This document shows positions 1-9,203 of a stretch of DNA of 64,000 bases, piece after piece. Location: positions 84,155 through 148,154 of the forward strand of contig JAVHQC010000025.1 of the NCBI GenBank assembly GCA_036170915.1, given 5' to 3'. Every line of letters starts with the position of its first letter. Position 1 is the stretch's first letter. Source of the stretch: Cyanobacteria bacterium auto_48_18. Its GTDB lineage: Bacteria; Cyanobacteriota; Vampirovibrionia; Obscuribacterales; Obscuribacteraceae. Made by a program: the position numbers and the translations under genes. Under the pieces are notes generated by a model. The model saw only the letters and a list, made by a program, of their open reading frames with translations, ran no database searches and had not been told where the DNA came from.

Positions 1-1217
1 ACAAAAGGCTCTTCAATGAAAAGGCGATAGGTGGGGTCAGGAAGTAGTGCCGGATTCTCTACCATCACCACTGAGTTGTCGGTCTTAGTGACGCGATACA
101 CCACAGATGGTGCAGTGGTAATCAGGTTGAGATTATATTCACGCTCCAGGCGCTCTTGAATAATCTCCATATGCAACAATCCCAAAAATCCGCAGCGGAA
201 GCCAAAACCTAGAGCTTCTGAAGTTTCTGGTTCGAAAAACAACGACGAATCATTGAGCTTGAGTTTATCGAGAGCTTCACGCAAATCTGGATATTGATCA
301 TTATCAACCGGATAAATTCCGGCATAGACCATGGGTTTTGCCGGGCGATAGCCCGGAAGTGCTTCCAGAGCAGGATTGCTCACCAGTGTGATGGTGTCAC
401 CCACTAGCGTTTCCACATCTTTGATTTGCGCAGCGAGATAACCCACTTCACCAGGTCCAAGGCGATCTACCTTTACTTGAGCCGGACGCAAAACTCCCAG
501 CTCAGCAATGTCAAAAACCTTGTCATTGGCCATAAAGCGAATCTTGTCGCCCACTTTAACTTCGCCGTCTTTAACACGGAAATAAACGATGATGCCGCGA
601 TAACTATCGAAATAACTGTCAAATATCAGAGCTCGTAGTGGAGCGCCCTGCGTATTGCGAGGCGGCGGCACAAATTTGACGATCGCTTCCAGCACATCTT
701 TGACACCAATATTGTTTTTGGCGCTGGCCAAAATTGCTTCGTCGGCAGGAATACCGATGACGTCTTCGATTTCAGCGCGAATACGCTCGGGTTCAGCGCT
801 CGGCAAATCAATTTTGTTGATCACCACTACTATTTCAAGATTGTTTTCTGAAGCCAGGTGCACATTGGCGAGAGTCTGGGCTTCTACGCCTTGCGTAGCG
901 TCAACAATCAACAGTGCGCCCTCGCAGGCAGCCAGGCTGCGTGAGACTTCGTAACCAAAGTCAACGTGGCCAGGTGTGTCAATCAGATTAAGAATATAAG
1001 TCTTGCCGTCGTCGGCAATATAATCCATGCGGGCCGCTTGAGCTTTGATTGTGATACCGCGCTCACGTTCGATATCCATAGAGTCGAGCACTTGCGCTTG
1101 CATATGGCGCTTGGCGATGGTATTCGTCATCTCCAGCAATCGATCTGCCAGAGTAGACTTGCCATGGTCGATATGGGCAATAATTGAAAAGTTTCTGATT
1201 AAATTGGGGTCGGTCAC
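1..1217 (-). CDS. lepA: Elongation factor 4 (LepA), 3' part runs off the window
   Basis: Not in the ORF track. Manual minus-strand translation from GTG at 1217 gives [26 protein letters not shown]; further on [18 protein letters not shown] and [16 protein letters not shown], all LepA signatures. Confidence 0.97.
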   Translation of the reverse strand, partial: MTDPNLIRNFSIIAHIDHGKSTLADRLLEMTNTIAKRHMQAQVLDSMDIERERGITIKAQAARMDYIADDGKTYILNLIDTPGHVDFGYEVSRSLAACEGALLIVDATQGVEAQTLANVHLASENNLEIVVVINKIDLPSAEPERIRAEIEDVIGIPADEAILASAKNNIGVKDVLEAIVKFVPPPRNTQGAPLRALIFDSYFDSYRGIIVYFRVKDGEVKVGDKIRFMANDKVFDIAELGVLRPAQVKVDRLGPGEVGYLAAQIKDVETLVGDTITLVSNPALEALPGYRPAKPMVYAGIYPVDNDQYPDLREALDKLKLNDSSLFFEPETSEALGFGFRCGFLGLLHMEIIQERLEREYNLNLITTAPSVVYRVTKTDNSVVMVENPALLPDPTYRLFIEEPF

Positions 1218-1356
1218 TGAGAGCCCTTTGCTAAGATCTGGCCACCGAGTACGGTTTATGAATGCTATCTATACTTGCAAGGTATATTAGCAGGAGTTTC
1301 GCCTTTCGAAATCGCGATTAGTTACTACTCAGCTCCAACAGGCGCCAGACGAACTT

Positions 1357-3342
1357 ATGTCAAATTCACAGAGTCCATTTTTAAATACCCTTAAACAGCG
1401 TCCATTGCTGACAGACGGCGGCATTGGCACCCTTTTGTATTCAAGGGGAGCGTCAACCGATGCCTGTTTCGAACACCTGAACATTACGCGACAAGAAACA
1501 ATTCAACAACTTCACGTTGATTACATCAACGCCGGAGCTGAAATTATTGAAACAAATTCTTTTTCAGGCAACAGAATTAAACTTGCCAATAACGGCCTTG
1601 AAAATGACGTCTGGAAAATCAATGTCTGGGCGGCAAAAATAGCCCGCAACGCCCGCGAGATCGCCGGGCAGCCAGTTTTTGTGGCCGGGTCAGTGGGCCC
1701 CACCGGGAAGCTCTTGCCACCTCTAGGCGATACGGCCTTAGATGAACTCGATTATGCCTTTAAAGAACAGATGGAAGCCCTGCTTGCCGGTGGCGTGGAT
1801 CTTTTCATGATTGAGACCATGTCTAGCCTGGAAGAAACGGCCATTGCCGTGCGCGCCGCACGCAGTTTGTCAAAACTGCCGGTAGTGGCACAATTATCGT
1901 TCTCGGTGGAGGGACATACTCTGCTTGGCGCCACACCAGAAGATGTGGCAAAATTGATTCGCGATCTAGGCGACGATATGCCTGATGTAATTGGTATCAA
2001 CTGCGGTGCCGGCCCGGGCCCAGTCTTTGACTCGCTAATCAGATTGACAGCGGCAATTCGCACTCTTAAAATCGATTCAGAGCGCCTGACTTTTTCGTGC
2101 CTGCCCAATGCCGGTCAACCAAGTTTGATTGGCGGCAGACCAATCTTTATGAGTAAACCCCACTATTGTGCTTCTTACATAGAGCCATATTTGCGAGCCG
2201 GGGCAAGAATCGTGGGCGGATGCTGCGGCACCACACCTGAGCATATCAAAGAAATGCGCAAGAGCCTGGACGCCTACCTGGCCATGTCGGTTCAGCAGCA
2301 AGCAGCGTCAGCAGCGGCACAGGGCACTGTGCTCTTCCACCCTGACTCGCTGGACTATCAAGATGACAATAAAACCCGCGATGGTCAAAAAGAAAAATCC
2401 ACCGTCGGCACCGCATCTGGTGCCAGTGCTAATCTAAGCGATAGGCTCAGTGCAATAAAGAATGGTGACAGCGATGATTTTTATATTTCAGTCGAGCTCG
2501 ACCCACCTAAAGGTGCCGGCACCAAGAAAATATTAGCCGCAGCAGATTTGCTTTACAAAGCCGGAGCTGATGCCATAAACGTGGGTGACAGCCCCATGGC
2601 TCGCGTGCGTATGTCCTCGCTAGCCACCTGCCAGCTTATCAGTCAGCAAGTTGGTGTCGACACGATCATTCACTTCACGACTCGCGATCGCAATTTGATG
2701 GGCATGCAAGCCGATCTACTGGGCTGCCAGGCATTGGGGCTGAAGAACATTCTTGCTTTGACCGGAGACCCGCCCGCACTGGGCAATTACGCGCACGCCA
2801 CTGCAGTCTATGACGTAGACTCAATCGGTCTGATCAAGATAATTTCTCAACTCAATGCCGGGCAAGACATCGCCGGTAATACCATCGGCACTCCGCTAAA
2901 TTTATCAATTGGTTGCGCACTTAATCCTACGGCACAAAACAGGGCCATGGAAATTGAACGTTTCACGCGCAAAATTGAGGCTGGTGCTCACTTTGTTATG
3001 ACACAGCCGATATACCAGCTGAGCGATCTGACCGATTTTCTTGATGAATTTGGTGAGCTTAACCTGCCGCTTTTAGTAGGCATTATGCCTTTGCATTCAA
3101 GCAAGCATGCTGAATATCTCCACAACGAAGTGCCAGGCATTTCTATCCCAGAAAGAATTCGCCAGGCCATGGCTGAAGCAGGAGAGCAGGGTTCGCAAAA
3201 AGGGCTTGAGCTCGCCGAAGAGCTGCTCGGTCAGTTGCGACATATTTGTCAGGGCACTTATCTGGTGCCATCGTTTGGTCGCTACGATGACATGGCCGCC
3301 CTGGTGACCAGACTGAAATCTAAACACGTACAGAAAGTTTGA
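1357..3342 (+). CDS. yitJ: Bifunctional homocysteine S-methyltransferase / methylenetetrahydrofolate reductase (YitJ/SamT type)
   Basis: N-terminal HMT domain (DGGIGT, GINC, GGCCGTTPEHI) fused to an MTHFR-like domain (VELDPP, RDRN, LTGDPP, TQP). Confidence 0.92.
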   Translation: MSNSQSPFLNTLKQRPLLTDGGIGTLLYSRGASTDACFEHLNITRQETIQQLHVDYINAGAEIIETNSFSGNRIKLANNGLENDVWKINVWAAKIARNAREIAGQPVFVAGSVGPTGKLLPPLGDTALDELDYAFKEQMEALLAGGVDLFMIETMSSLEETAIAVRAARSLSKLPVVAQLSFSVEGHTLLGATPEDVAKLIRDLGDDMPDVIGINCGAGPGPVFDSLIRLTAAIRTLKIDSERLTFSCLPNAGQPSLIGGRPIFMSKPHYCASYIEPYLRAGARIVGGCCGTTPEHIKEMRKSLDAYLAMSVQQQAASAAAQGTVLFHPDSLDYQDDNKTRDGQKEKSTVGTASGASANLSDRLSAIKNGDSDDFYISVELDPPKGAGTKKILAAADLLYKAGADAINVGDSPMARVRMSSLATCQLISQQVGVDTIIHFTTRDRNLMGMQADLLGCQALGLKNILALTGDPPALGNYAHATAVYDVDSIGLIKIISQLNAGQDIAGNTIGTPLNLSIGCALNPTAQNRAMEIERFTRKIEAGAHFVMTQPIYQLSDLTDFLDEFGELNLPLLVGIMPLHSSKHAEYLHNEVPGISIPERIRQAMAEAGEQGSQKGLELAEELLGQLRHICQGTYLVPSFGRYDDMAALVTRLKSKHVQKV

Positions 3343-4182
3343 TTACTGACTGAAAATGGCTTGACTGCGTACCAGGCGCACGTGATTCTCCAGCTCGTGA
3401 GCTTGCCCGGCCCTATTGGTTTTGCGCAAAAGTTTGGCATACTGTTCTTCGACATCAGCAAAGCGTTGGTGATCTTTACCGTAGATTTTTTGTCTCACAG
3501 CCAGTGCGCGCTTGAAATATGGTTCAGACAATTCGAAACGAGTTTGGAAATAGTAAAGCCTGGCTAAATTTTTAAGCGAAGTAGACACCAGCGGATGTTC
3601 GCCGCCAAGAGACTTCTCTCGTATTTGCAGAGCTTCAATCAAAAGTGGTTCCATCTCACGATAGAGTTTGCGACGGCAATAATGATCTGCCAGCTTAGTC
3701 AATAAATCGGCCACATGAGGATGATCTTTGCCCATCATCTGTCGCACTGATGCTACTTCCACCTCAGCGTCTTTGACTTGATCTTGCTCATCAGGAAAAC
3801 CAGATGGCCAACCAAGCGCCATCGAGGCTGGAATGGCATCAAGTGAAGTAGACGAATCGGTAAGCGATTGTTTCCACTCGCACTGCGGGCGTCTATATAT
3901 TGCACTAGGAATGGGGGAGGGTGCACTTTTCTGACGCACAGTGACAACTTTCTCAAGACACTTCTTAGTATCCACTACCTCAGGACGGTAAGGTCCAAGA
4001 GTTCTCTCCATAATCTCAAGGGCTCGTCGATAGAGGGCCTCGGCATCTTCGAGCATACCTTTATGGAAATAGAGATCCGCCAACTTAGAAACTGTTGCCG
4101 CCACCTCCGGGCTATTTTGTCCCAGGGCTTGCTCTTGAATGGTAAGGAATCTCTCTAATTCGGGGATCGTTTCACACTTCAT
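3343..4182 (-). CDS. Tetratricopeptide repeat protein (kinesin-light-chain-like TPRs)
   Basis: Repeats such as AEALYRRALEIMERTLG and HPLVSTSLKNLARLY. ATG at 4182 is preceded by AGAGG, so preferred over the ORF-track TTG at 4248. Confidence 0.88.
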   Translation of the reverse strand: MKCETIPELERFLTIQEQALGQNSPEVAATVSKLADLYFHKGMLEDAEALYRRALEIMERTLGPYRPEVVDTKKCLEKVVTVRQKSAPSPIPSAIYRRPQCEWKQSLTDSSTSLDAIPASMALGWPSGFPDEQDQVKDAEVEVASVRQMMGKDHPHVADLLTKLADHYCRRKLYREMEPLLIEALQIREKSLGGEHPLVSTSLKNLARLYYFQTRFELSEPYFKRALAVRQKIYGKDHQRFADVEEQYAKLLRKTNRAGQAHELENHVRLVRSQAIFSQ

Positions 4183-4647
4183 GACTGCCTCTGATTGGAT
4201 TCTATGTCGCCGGGGCCTCAGGTCTGGCAGACCTGAGTAGCGCCTCAAATAGAAGTGGTTGATTGTGGACTGCTCAACATTAGTAAGTGGGTTCCGTGTG
4301 CGTTCGCTTGGTCAAGGCCAAAATTTCGGCCCTCGCTATCATTCTTACCCGAATGACCTTCAGTTGATAGACAGGTACCCTATAACTTTGTACGGGATTC
4401 GTATAACTCTCTAACTTGTTGGCCCATTGGCATCAAAAATACAGGCCGGACGGGCACTTTGCGGCGCGACAAATTAAATCCTATAGGGTAACCGTAATAA
4501 GAATACGGGCAAGCCTATACGTGGGGCCTCCGGCGCTAAGCTAGCATCAATATAGATAGAAGTATCATGGGTGATTTGACTAGCAACAGGCAAATAAGTG
4601 CTAGCAGCCAGTTATCTGAAGAGGCATAAGTGGGGTTGAATTGGGGG

Positions 4648-6135
4648 ATGGCATCCTTTAAAGATACGATTATTCGGCTGTTGAAAAACATTGTCGAAGA
4701 AGCTGAGCGCGAGAAAAAGGCAGCAGAATTAAAAACCTTATCGAGCCAATCAAAAGCCCTTCCGCCTGTTGCTGCAGCTGAAGCAGAAGCCGTGTCGCCT
4801 CAAATTAGCGAAAAAGTGTCCGAGCAAGTCAACACAACAGACGACAATCACACCATTCACAGTTTATTGCACAAGGGCAAAGACAGCCTCTCTACGCGCT
4901 TTCTGGCCGGTGGGCAAATGGAATTTGCACTACCACCGTCAACTTTAGTTAGTGGTGATAACCCTAAACAGATTAGAGACCTCAATTATGCAGGCGACGA
5001 GCTTGATTCGTCGTGGCATCACCTTGAACCCGGAGCCGTTGTTGAATCTCGTGTGGACAAGACCCCCAGAGTAGCCAGGATTATTAGCCGCGAAAATCAA
5101 ACTCGCCTCTATTCAGGCTCTTCTGAAGAAGAACCAAGTTTGTTGGCCGCTCAATGGCAATGCACCCCTGACCGCAATCTGGTCAGCGACTCTTCTCCCA
5201 CAGAAGAATCGTTCAAGAATGCGGCCGAAAATATTTCCACTTCCCCTGCCACTTTAGCCTGGCTATCGTCTCTGGTATCACCTGAAGTGCGTGCCTCTGT
5301 AGCAGCCAACGAAAAAACGCCTCCCGAAACCTTACGCAAACTAGCCAATGATGTGGATAGCAGTGTGCGACTCTCTGTGGCCAGCAATATCTCTACCCCA
5401 ATTGATGTATTGCGAAGTCTGACTCGAGACTCAAGTAAGTTGACCGCCTCTGAGGCGCAATCAGCCCTGAGTGCCCGTGGCGATGTGGTGGAAGCTCAAC
5501 GTAACAGCCACAATTTGCTCTTCAACAATCGCTTCAATACAACATCAAATCAACTTACTGCCTCTTACACCACCCTAGACGCTGTCGCTCCTGGTGGGCT
5601 GAACGATGGCAGCAAGGCAGACAGCGAATGGCAGTCGCTCAATTCTGACGGTGCAAAACAAGCTTACAAACAGCAAAAAGATACGGTCAAAGATCTAAAG
5701 TTCAACGCCAGTGTGGTCAACACCAACGGGCCACCCAAACAGATGCCCAGTTATCATGCCGCATTTGACAAACCACCAGAAGGCGCGTCACCAGCAGAAA
5801 TTATTGCCTTCTATAAAATGGTGGCCACACGTTTGAGTACACCAGCGGAGAAGTTGCTTGAATTAGCAGCCAGCGAAAGTGTAGAAGTGCGCGCAGCAGT
5901 GGCCGAAAATATCAGCGCTCCGCTAGAAGCCTTCAAACTTCTAGCCAAAGACAGTCAGGCACAGGTGAAATTACGCGTTATAGACAACAGCAGTTGTCCC
6001 GCACAAGTGCTCGAAGAGTTGAAAGACGATCAAGACCCCTATGTTGGGTATGAGGCGAAGAACCAGATTAAGCGTTTGCAAAATGCAGCCATGCAAGAAC
6101 GATCAGCCAACCATAGCCTGGAAGGCTTGCTCTAA
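4648..6135 (+). CDS. Protein with leucine-rich-repeat-variant (LRV)/HEAT-like repeats
   Basis: Repeats VRASVAANEKTP, VRLSVASNISTP, VRAAVAENISAP separated by low-complexity linkers. Start uncertain (GTG 4630 or ATG 4648). Confidence 0.75.
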   Translation: MASFKDTIIRLLKNIVEEAEREKKAAELKTLSSQSKALPPVAAAEAEAVSPQISEKVSEQVNTTDDNHTIHSLLHKGKDSLSTRFLAGGQMEFALPPSTLVSGDNPKQIRDLNYAGDELDSSWHHLEPGAVVESRVDKTPRVARIISRENQTRLYSGSSEEEPSLLAAQWQCTPDRNLVSDSSPTEESFKNAAENISTSPATLAWLSSLVSPEVRASVAANEKTPPETLRKLANDVDSSVRLSVASNISTPIDVLRSLTRDSSKLTASEAQSALSARGDVVEAQRNSHNLLFNNRFNTTSNQLTASYTTLDAVAPGGLNDGSKADSEWQSLNSDGAKQAYKQQKDTVKDLKFNASVVNTNGPPKQMPSYHAAFDKPPEGASPAEIIAFYKMVATRLSTPAEKLLELAASESVEVRAAVAENISAPLEAFKLLAKDSQAQVKLRVIDNSSCPAQVLEELKDDQDPYVGYEAKNQIKRLQNAAMQERSANHSLEGLL

Positions 6136-6163
6136 ATTAGGTGGGAAGGCTTGCTCTAAATTA
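6120..6163. repeat. 20-bp perfect direct repeat GGAAGGCTTGCTCTAAATTA, two copies at 24-bp period
   Basis: Copies at 6120-6139 and 6144-6163, at the junction of two convergent genes. Confidence 0.95.
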
Positions 6164-7516
6164 AGTTAGTGCCGGCTGTAGCTTTGATACCACCACTAGA
6201 GATTCTTCAAGAGCTTTGAGGAATATTTCAATTTGCTCGTACGAAATTGTGAGCGGCGGCTCTACTCGCAAAACTCTGGCATTGATATAGGTACCAGAGA
6301 TAAGAATATTGCGGGCAAACAATTCTTTTGCTACGGCATAGCCGGCCTCATTGCTGGTGAATTCCATACCAAGCATAAGACCAACACCACGTATAACCGA
6401 GAGCACATCAGGATAACGCTTGGCCAATTGATTCATCTTGGGAATCATATATTCCCCTTTTTCTTTTGCCTGTTTAGGCAAATCTTCATCAAGCAAAACT
6501 GAAATGGTAGCGATAGCCGCAGCGCAAGCTAAGGGATTGCCACCAAAAGTGGTGGTATGTAAAAATGGATTTTCTACATATTTAGCCCATACTTTTTCAT
6601 TGCCGACCACCGCACCAATCGGCATCACACCGCCGCCAAAGGCCTTGCCCAGCGCCATTAAGTCGGGCACTACACCCTCATAATCGCAAAAGAACATTTT
6701 TCCGGTACGACCCATTCCGCTTTGAATTTCGTCAAAGACAAGTACGGCACCATATTTGTCGCAAAGATCACGCGCTGCCTGCAAGTACCCGGGAGGCGAA
6801 ACATTAATGCCACCTTCACCCTGCACCGGCTCCACCACAAATGCGGCCACTCGATCACCGTTAAAATCGGCGCAACTGAGAGCTGTTTCTAAAGCTTTGA
6901 CGTCACCAAAGGGAATGTGACTCCATCGCAAAAGCGGCATAAACGGTTCACGGAACATGGCTTTAGAGGTTCCGCCCAAAGATCCCAATGTTTTTCCGTG
7001 AAAAGCGCCAACAGTGCCGACAAAATGTTTACGTCCTGTGGCCAACATGGCCATCTTCATACAACCTTCCACTGATTCGGTGCCTGAATTAGAGAAGAAT
7101 GAGTAGTTAAGATCGCCTGGAGTAATGAGCGAGACCAGGTGTGCCAGGTAAGTGCGCAGTGGATCAATCAGCTCTTGTGAGTGAATCGCCTGGCGCTGAA
7201 GCTGCTCTGTTACTGCCTTTAATACCGTGGGGTGACGATGGCCTACGTTGTAAACGCCATAACCGCCCAACATATCAATAAACTCTTTTCCGTTAATGTC
7301 GCGGAAAACTGCCCCGTTGTCTTCCCATTCCACCGCAGTGTAGTCGGTACTAACCGACTTTCTGTATTTGAGAAATCCGGCGTTGACGTGGTCTGTCCAG
7401 TAGCGAACCGACTCTTCAATGACTTTGTCGCGTTCGTCCTGGGTGAGCTCTTTCTTGCTGATCAGCTCCAGAACTTCCCTGGATTTTGCCTTAGCTTTCT
7501 CCAGATTTTGAGTCAT
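6161..7516 (-). CDS. patA: Putrescine aminotransferase (class III PLP-dependent)
   Basis: FDEIQSGMGRTG...DLMALGKAFGGG PLP motif; HVNAGFLKYRKSV, HSQELIDPLR and NPFLHTTTFGGNPLACAAA are typical of PatA/YgjG. Confidence 0.9.
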   Translation of the reverse strand: MTQNLEKAKAKSREVLELISKKELTQDERDKVIEESVRYWTDHVNAGFLKYRKSVSTDYTAVEWEDNGAVFRDINGKEFIDMLGGYGVYNVGHRHPTVLKAVTEQLQRQAIHSQELIDPLRTYLAHLVSLITPGDLNYSFFSNSGTESVEGCMKMAMLATGRKHFVGTVGAFHGKTLGSLGGTSKAMFREPFMPLLRWSHIPFGDVKALETALSCADFNGDRVAAFVVEPVQGEGGINVSPPGYLQAARDLCDKYGAVLVFDEIQSGMGRTGKMFFCDYEGVVPDLMALGKAFGGGVMPIGAVVGNEKVWAKYVENPFLHTTTFGGNPLACAAAIATISVLLDEDLPKQAKEKGEYMIPKMNQLAKRYPDVLSVIRGVGLMLGMEFTSNEAGYAVAKELFARNILISGTYINARVLRVEPPLTISYEQIEIFLKALEESLVVVSKLQPALT

Positions 7517-7626
7517 TATGTTTACTCCATTATAATTACTGGCATATTCTACGCCTGTGGGGCTTTTTTATCAAAAATGAGCCTTTTGGGCTACACTCCT
7601 GGTGGTCTAAAGGCATTTTCCAAATT

Positions 7627-7655
7627 GCAGAGAAATTTGCGCAAATTTTCTCTGT
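7627..7655. repeat. Dispersed intergenic palindrome, copy 1 (GCAGAGAAATTT-GCGC-AAATTTTCTCTGT)
   Basis: Matches the copies at 21759, 32427 and 54730. Confidence 0.85.
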
Positions 7656-7749
7656 AGCCTGAAAGCCACAAGCAGCATACTCTCACAGCAACATTGGCCA
7701 AATTGAGGCTTAAAAGAGTTCATTGCGCGAGCTTTACAGAGCCAATAAC

Positions 7750-8277
7750 TCAGGGTACTACGCCCCGACTCCACTTCGAATTTTCATTATCGAGAAATTT
7801 ATACATGCGCACACAGCTCATCTCGTGACCGCCTGGCAAAGGCTGGCGACCCAGGCCATCTGCCACAAAACCGTTAGCCAAATAAAAAGGTTCTGCGTTC
7901 ATGGAAGCATTGAGGTTGAGCCAGTCACAGCCGGCATTTTGAACCGTGCGCTCAAGCTCGCTAAGCAGGGCGCGGCCAATGCCTTGCCTGCCCAGGCGCG
8001 GCAAAACATAGCAGGCTCGCAACTCACTTAAACGCGGTACGACGATGCCAAAGCCAACAACGCCATTGTCCATAGTGGCCACGCGCAACACTTCATCTTC
8101 TTTCTGCGGGCGGTTGAGAAAATTGGCTATGCGCTGTTCGTCTACGGGCGGCGACCAGTCATCAAGAATTTCTTCTTCATAGTAATCCACAGGCTCACCA
8201 TGAACCGCTGCATAATGCACGTCCAGGATGCCCTTTATCTCTTCCTCTGTGGTCAACGCTTTGCGAATAATCAACAT
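7750..8277 (-). CDS. GNAT family N-acetyltransferase
   Basis: Acetyl-CoA motif YVLPRLGRQGIGRALL and NAEPFYLANGF. Confidence 0.88.
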   Translation of the reverse strand: MLIIRKALTTEEEIKGILDVHYAAVHGEPVDYYEEEILDDWSPPVDEQRIANFLNRPQKEDEVLRVATMDNGVVGFGIVVPRLSELRACYVLPRLGRQGIGRALLSELERTVQNAGCDWLNLNASMNAEPFYLANGFVADGLGRQPLPGGHEMSCVRMYKFLDNENSKWSRGVVP

Positions 8278-8310
8278 ACAGAGGAATTATACAGCTCTTA
8301 AATCAGGTCA

Positions 8311-9117
8311 TTAATAGCTGTTAGCCTGAAGGCGACCATTGCTTTTCATGGAAACACTGCTTGGCGGAGCAAAAAGGTCGCGCACGGCAGGATCGTAACT
8401 AATTAACGTTTTGACTGGGCGCGGCTTGAGATTCAAATCTTCCAGGCGGGCGAAAGGCTTCAGAAATGACATCAAAGCATCCACATTTTCTGAATTGACA
8501 CCACGATCAAAATAAAATGAACTGAAAAGTTTAGCGCGGCCATGCAAAGCCGGTGCACCGGTAATATTCACCAGGGTGCCACCATTAGCAAGAGGGCAAA
8601 GATTTACGGTCAGATAATTTGTGGCATATTCACTTTGTTGCAACTCTAGAAGCAAGTGACCCGACTCCACATCAGCCAGTAAAATTTCATATCCTTCCAG
8701 CTCGGCCAGGGCAAAACCCACCAGGTCACAGGCTTCGTCAAATGACTGAGGTAGTTGAATCGAGCGCCTGCCGAAGGCTTTGCCGAATTGACCAAGCTGC
8801 CAGGTGCGCACAAAGCTTAAAAACGACAGCAACACGGCTGACGCGATAGACCCGCAGACAATGCTTGATAAAACCCACTGAATAACCAGATGATGATCGC
8901 CGGCGGACCAGAAAGTTTTTCCGGTGACAACAGCCACGGGGAAGGCCAGGGCGATAGGCACAAAGAACACCGCGCTGAAAGCGATGCCGGCAATCAAACC
9001 GATAAGCAGGCATTGAACGAAAAACGGTGCTCCGTCAAGATCACCGATGGCGCGGTCAAGGTCTACTATCTTGCGACTTTGCTCTATGGAAGAGCGCACT
9101 CTTTTAGAACTATGCAT
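8311..9117 (-). CDS. Hypothetical membrane protein (two TM segments plus soluble domain)
   Basis: Long ORF with two hydrophobic stretches, co-oriented downstream of metH. Start uncertain (ATG 9117 or TTG 9192). Confidence 0.65.
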   Translation of the reverse strand: MHSSKRVRSSIEQSRKIVDLDRAIGDLDGAPFFVQCLLIGLIAGIAFSAVFFVPIALAFPVAVVTGKTFWSAGDHHLVIQWVLSSIVCGSIASAVLLSFLSFVRTWQLGQFGKAFGRRSIQLPQSFDEACDLVGFALAELEGYEILLADVESGHLLLELQQSEYATNYLTVNLCPLANGGTLVNITGAPALHGRAKLFSSFYFDRGVNSENVDALMSFLKPFARLEDLNLKPRPVKTLISYDPAVRDLFAPPSSVSMKSNGRLQANSY

Positions 9118-9203
9118 GCGAAACCTAAACTGGGGGTTAGTAAATGCCGACCTATCCAGATTACAGGCGACTACGTGGCAAATACGTGACAATGGAAGTG
9201 AAA

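Noticed and set aside
426..1290. Several short ORFs listed over the first 1.3 kb
   Set aside because: They overlap lepA, which the track missed because its stop is outside the window.
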